Below, one piece after another: positions 61,421 through 64,000 of a DNA stretch of 64,000 bases (its first letter is position 1; each line of letters begins with the position of its first letter). A program made the translations under genes and the position numbers. This DNA is from Macrostomum lignano (lineage: Eukaryota), in the NCBI GenBank assembly GCA_002269645.1, contig NIVC01001787.1, positions 1 to 64,000 of the forward strand. The letters are read 5' to 3'. The notes below the pieces were generated by a model, which did not search any database, had not been told where the DNA came from, and worked only from the letters and a program-made list of their open reading frames with translations.

Positions 61421-64000
61421 GGACCGCGATAATCGAGTTCTATTGCAATAGATTTGATGATTGCATACTTTGCTCAGTTGTCTTCTTGTACTGATATTTT
61501 AGATTATTACCAGTTTTATTTTACAACTAAGTTTGTGCACATTCTAGTTTCAATTTGTTTGCGTACATGCTACTTATCGAGTAGTTATACAAGCGGATGG
61601 TTATTGACTTGTCTTACTAAAAAAAGATGTTTTCAACTGACATTTTAAATTTCCCTTACGCGTATTCTCATTTTATTCATCAAATGTACTCTTATTCATA
61701 GATGTTCTCTATTATTTTAGGTTATAGTAACTCCGAGGCAAGCCTTAACTTGTTAGCTAGGCTGCTCAAAATTCCAGTTATGTACCAGGTCTTTCTCTGG
61801 TTTTCTGCTTATTAAATCTCTTGCACTGCTGCTTAATGTGTGCTTATTGTGATTTCGTCTGTGTTATACCGTTATTATATGCTTTCCTAGATACATTCAA
61901 GTTAAAACAGCGTGTGACAGAAATGTTACAGAACGTAAAGCTATTAGCATCATAGCGAGATTATTCGGCAATTTTAAAAAAATTATTAATTGCCTAGACT
62001 AATACAGTGTTATGCATGCATTTTTATTGTCTTCTCGGATTAAACGTTCGGGTAATTTTGTACATAAGCTTGTACTTTGTGTGCTACATTCTTGGTAAAA
62101 AATTATTGACGTTATCAAAATTACTTCGCTATCAATCAAACAGTATGCTGTGTTTTAATGCAACTCTGGTCTGTTGCTTTGTATATATATATATAAATAT
62201 CAACTGCTGTTAATAAGCCTTCTGATTTTGAGTATTTCGATCATTTTTAGCTCCGATATTTGATAATATACGGTGTAATACAAATTTAGTAATTGGAATA
62301 GCGTTTGCAAATAGCAGAGCTGCGGTTGATTGAAAATATTATTTTGAAGTTTCTAATAGTAGTATATAATTTTCGTTTAAAAACCCGATAAATCTACGTT
62401 CTAAGTAGTTCAAAATGTTACAGCAGTTCTTGTGTCGAGTGCCAAGTAACAGCAATGCCAGTGATAAGCCAGAAATGCATACAGTTCTCGTGCGATCACT
62501 CCGCCAGTTTTTTAAATTTATTCAAGAATACAAGCGGAATTAGAAATTTTCACCCTGTATTAGGAGAAATGGTATTGATTAGACATGCAATTTCCAAATG
62601 ACGTAACGAATTCTGTAACAGCGAAATTAACACTGCGAAGTTTTTACAACGAAGTTGACAAATCAGCAATTATGTGGAATATGAAAGCAATTTCTGTATT
62701 ATACGCCTCATCAAGTTAAAAAAGCGATTTTTGACCCCTGATACTATAAATCAAAATGAACAGATTTCATTTTTACTCGTACTCGGGCGTTAACTGAAAC
62801 TACGCTCGTAGTTTTACAGCTTAAAAATGTTGAACTTTATCTTTCTAGAAAAACCAATACCCTGTACTCGTATTTAACTATTTGAAAATAAGATATGCAA
62901 AGTCGGTATTTAGTTTAGTAGACAGTTGAATAGTACTAAATTAAATGTGAATAAAAGTGAATAGGCATTTCCAAAGCAAGTTGTAACATCGTTAATAACG
63001 ATACGCACTATAGATTTAGAATTCCGCGTTTCTTAGGTTAATTACTATTCGCTAGCCAATCGCAGGAGACCACATCTAAAAGCGTGTGAAGACGCTGGCG
63101 CACGAGTTTAAATTGAGTTTCTTTTTCAAGTTTAATTTATATTCTGAAAAATAATCTGAAGAGTTTGATACAAAGTGACACTAAATTAATATTCTAAGCT
63201 TTCATTAAATTGCACTGACTTGTTTCGTACGCTTATTCAAGCCGAATTCGAATCATAAATAGCTGGTGGAAATGCGTCAGCGATATATAATCCTAGCATT
63301 TTTCATTCTAATTTCACTTGGTGAGTATTCCGAAATCTGGCGTCAATTAATTTGGCTTGAAGTTCTATACACTTCACAGGTTTATCTGACTTTACATTTG
63401 ACTGTAACTAATGTTAGTTTGTGTGAAAAAAATTGCGACTAAACCAAATAGACTTTGTCAGCATTAGTTTTTGTAGAGTTGAATATAAATTGCCAGTGTC
63501 ATATATTAATCTGTTTTATATTGTCTTGTTATTTTTGTTGAGTCCATTCAATCTATATATTTTGAAATAATTCCTTTTAAATAGGATGTGTTATAAACCT
63601 GCTATGGCTATCACTATGCAATTTTATTTTTGCTTGTGTATATTAGTTTTTAGGGCCTAAAATTTGTAATTGCCATATTTTTTATATACTAAGTCAATTA
63701 TTCAAAAACCTTTATAATAAATTGGAGCCTAATTAGTTACAACTTAGTCATAAAAAAATCCTATTGTGATAATATTTAAAAATTAATAGTAAACTTTATT
63801 TACATTTTGTATTATAATAAACTAAATAAATAAGACTTTTTAGTATGAAAAGCTTTCAAAAATAGTCAAACATTGAAAACCAAACTTTTAAATCTTATTT
63901 AGATTATATGTTAATTTTATTTTAATCTATAAGTATAGTTGATTTAAAAATTTTTTCTTTTAACAGGTTGTTTCTAGTTAAAGTCTAGTTTCAAGCATCG

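Noticed and set aside
59811-61432. 424-aa SRSGDFGLGLSG repeat protein
   Set aside because: The 36-bp unit is divisible by 3, so an open frame is expected, and it lies just past the LIPE polyA signal.

Overview
This is eukaryotic (metazoan) genomic DNA: GC-rich spliced exons lie in AT-rich background, and most introns and gene flanks hold minisatellite arrays. The gene set, repeat load and a spliced-leader-like motif suggest a free-living flatworm such as Macrostomum lignano (inference). Genes found: a minus-strand FAM53/simplet-like gene (~8.0-8.9 kb); two tandem RPLP1 genes with identical proteins (22.4 and 24.3 kb); a 4-exon FIG4/Sac3 phosphatase (25.1-34.8 kb) with a GC-AG intron and no genomic ATG in its first coding exon; a 2-exon TSP1-like single-pass membrane protein; and hormone-sensitive lipase (LIPE-like). 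A near-identical 9.15-kb tandem duplication (35.9-54.2 kb) copies the TSP1-like gene, a MITE, a D,D34D mariner and the first two LIPE exons. Other mobile DNA: an internally deleted IR/DR Tc1-like element, a decayed mariner, MITEs, and a ~5.1-kb TIR-bounded relic in FIG4 intron 2. The most notable lead is a spliced-leader-like sequence plus GT donor just upstream of the ATG-less FIG4 acceptor, 0.4 kb behind RPLP1 (possible operon with an SL-donated start codon). Splice junctions were placed by eye using recalled homolog sequences. No searches were run.
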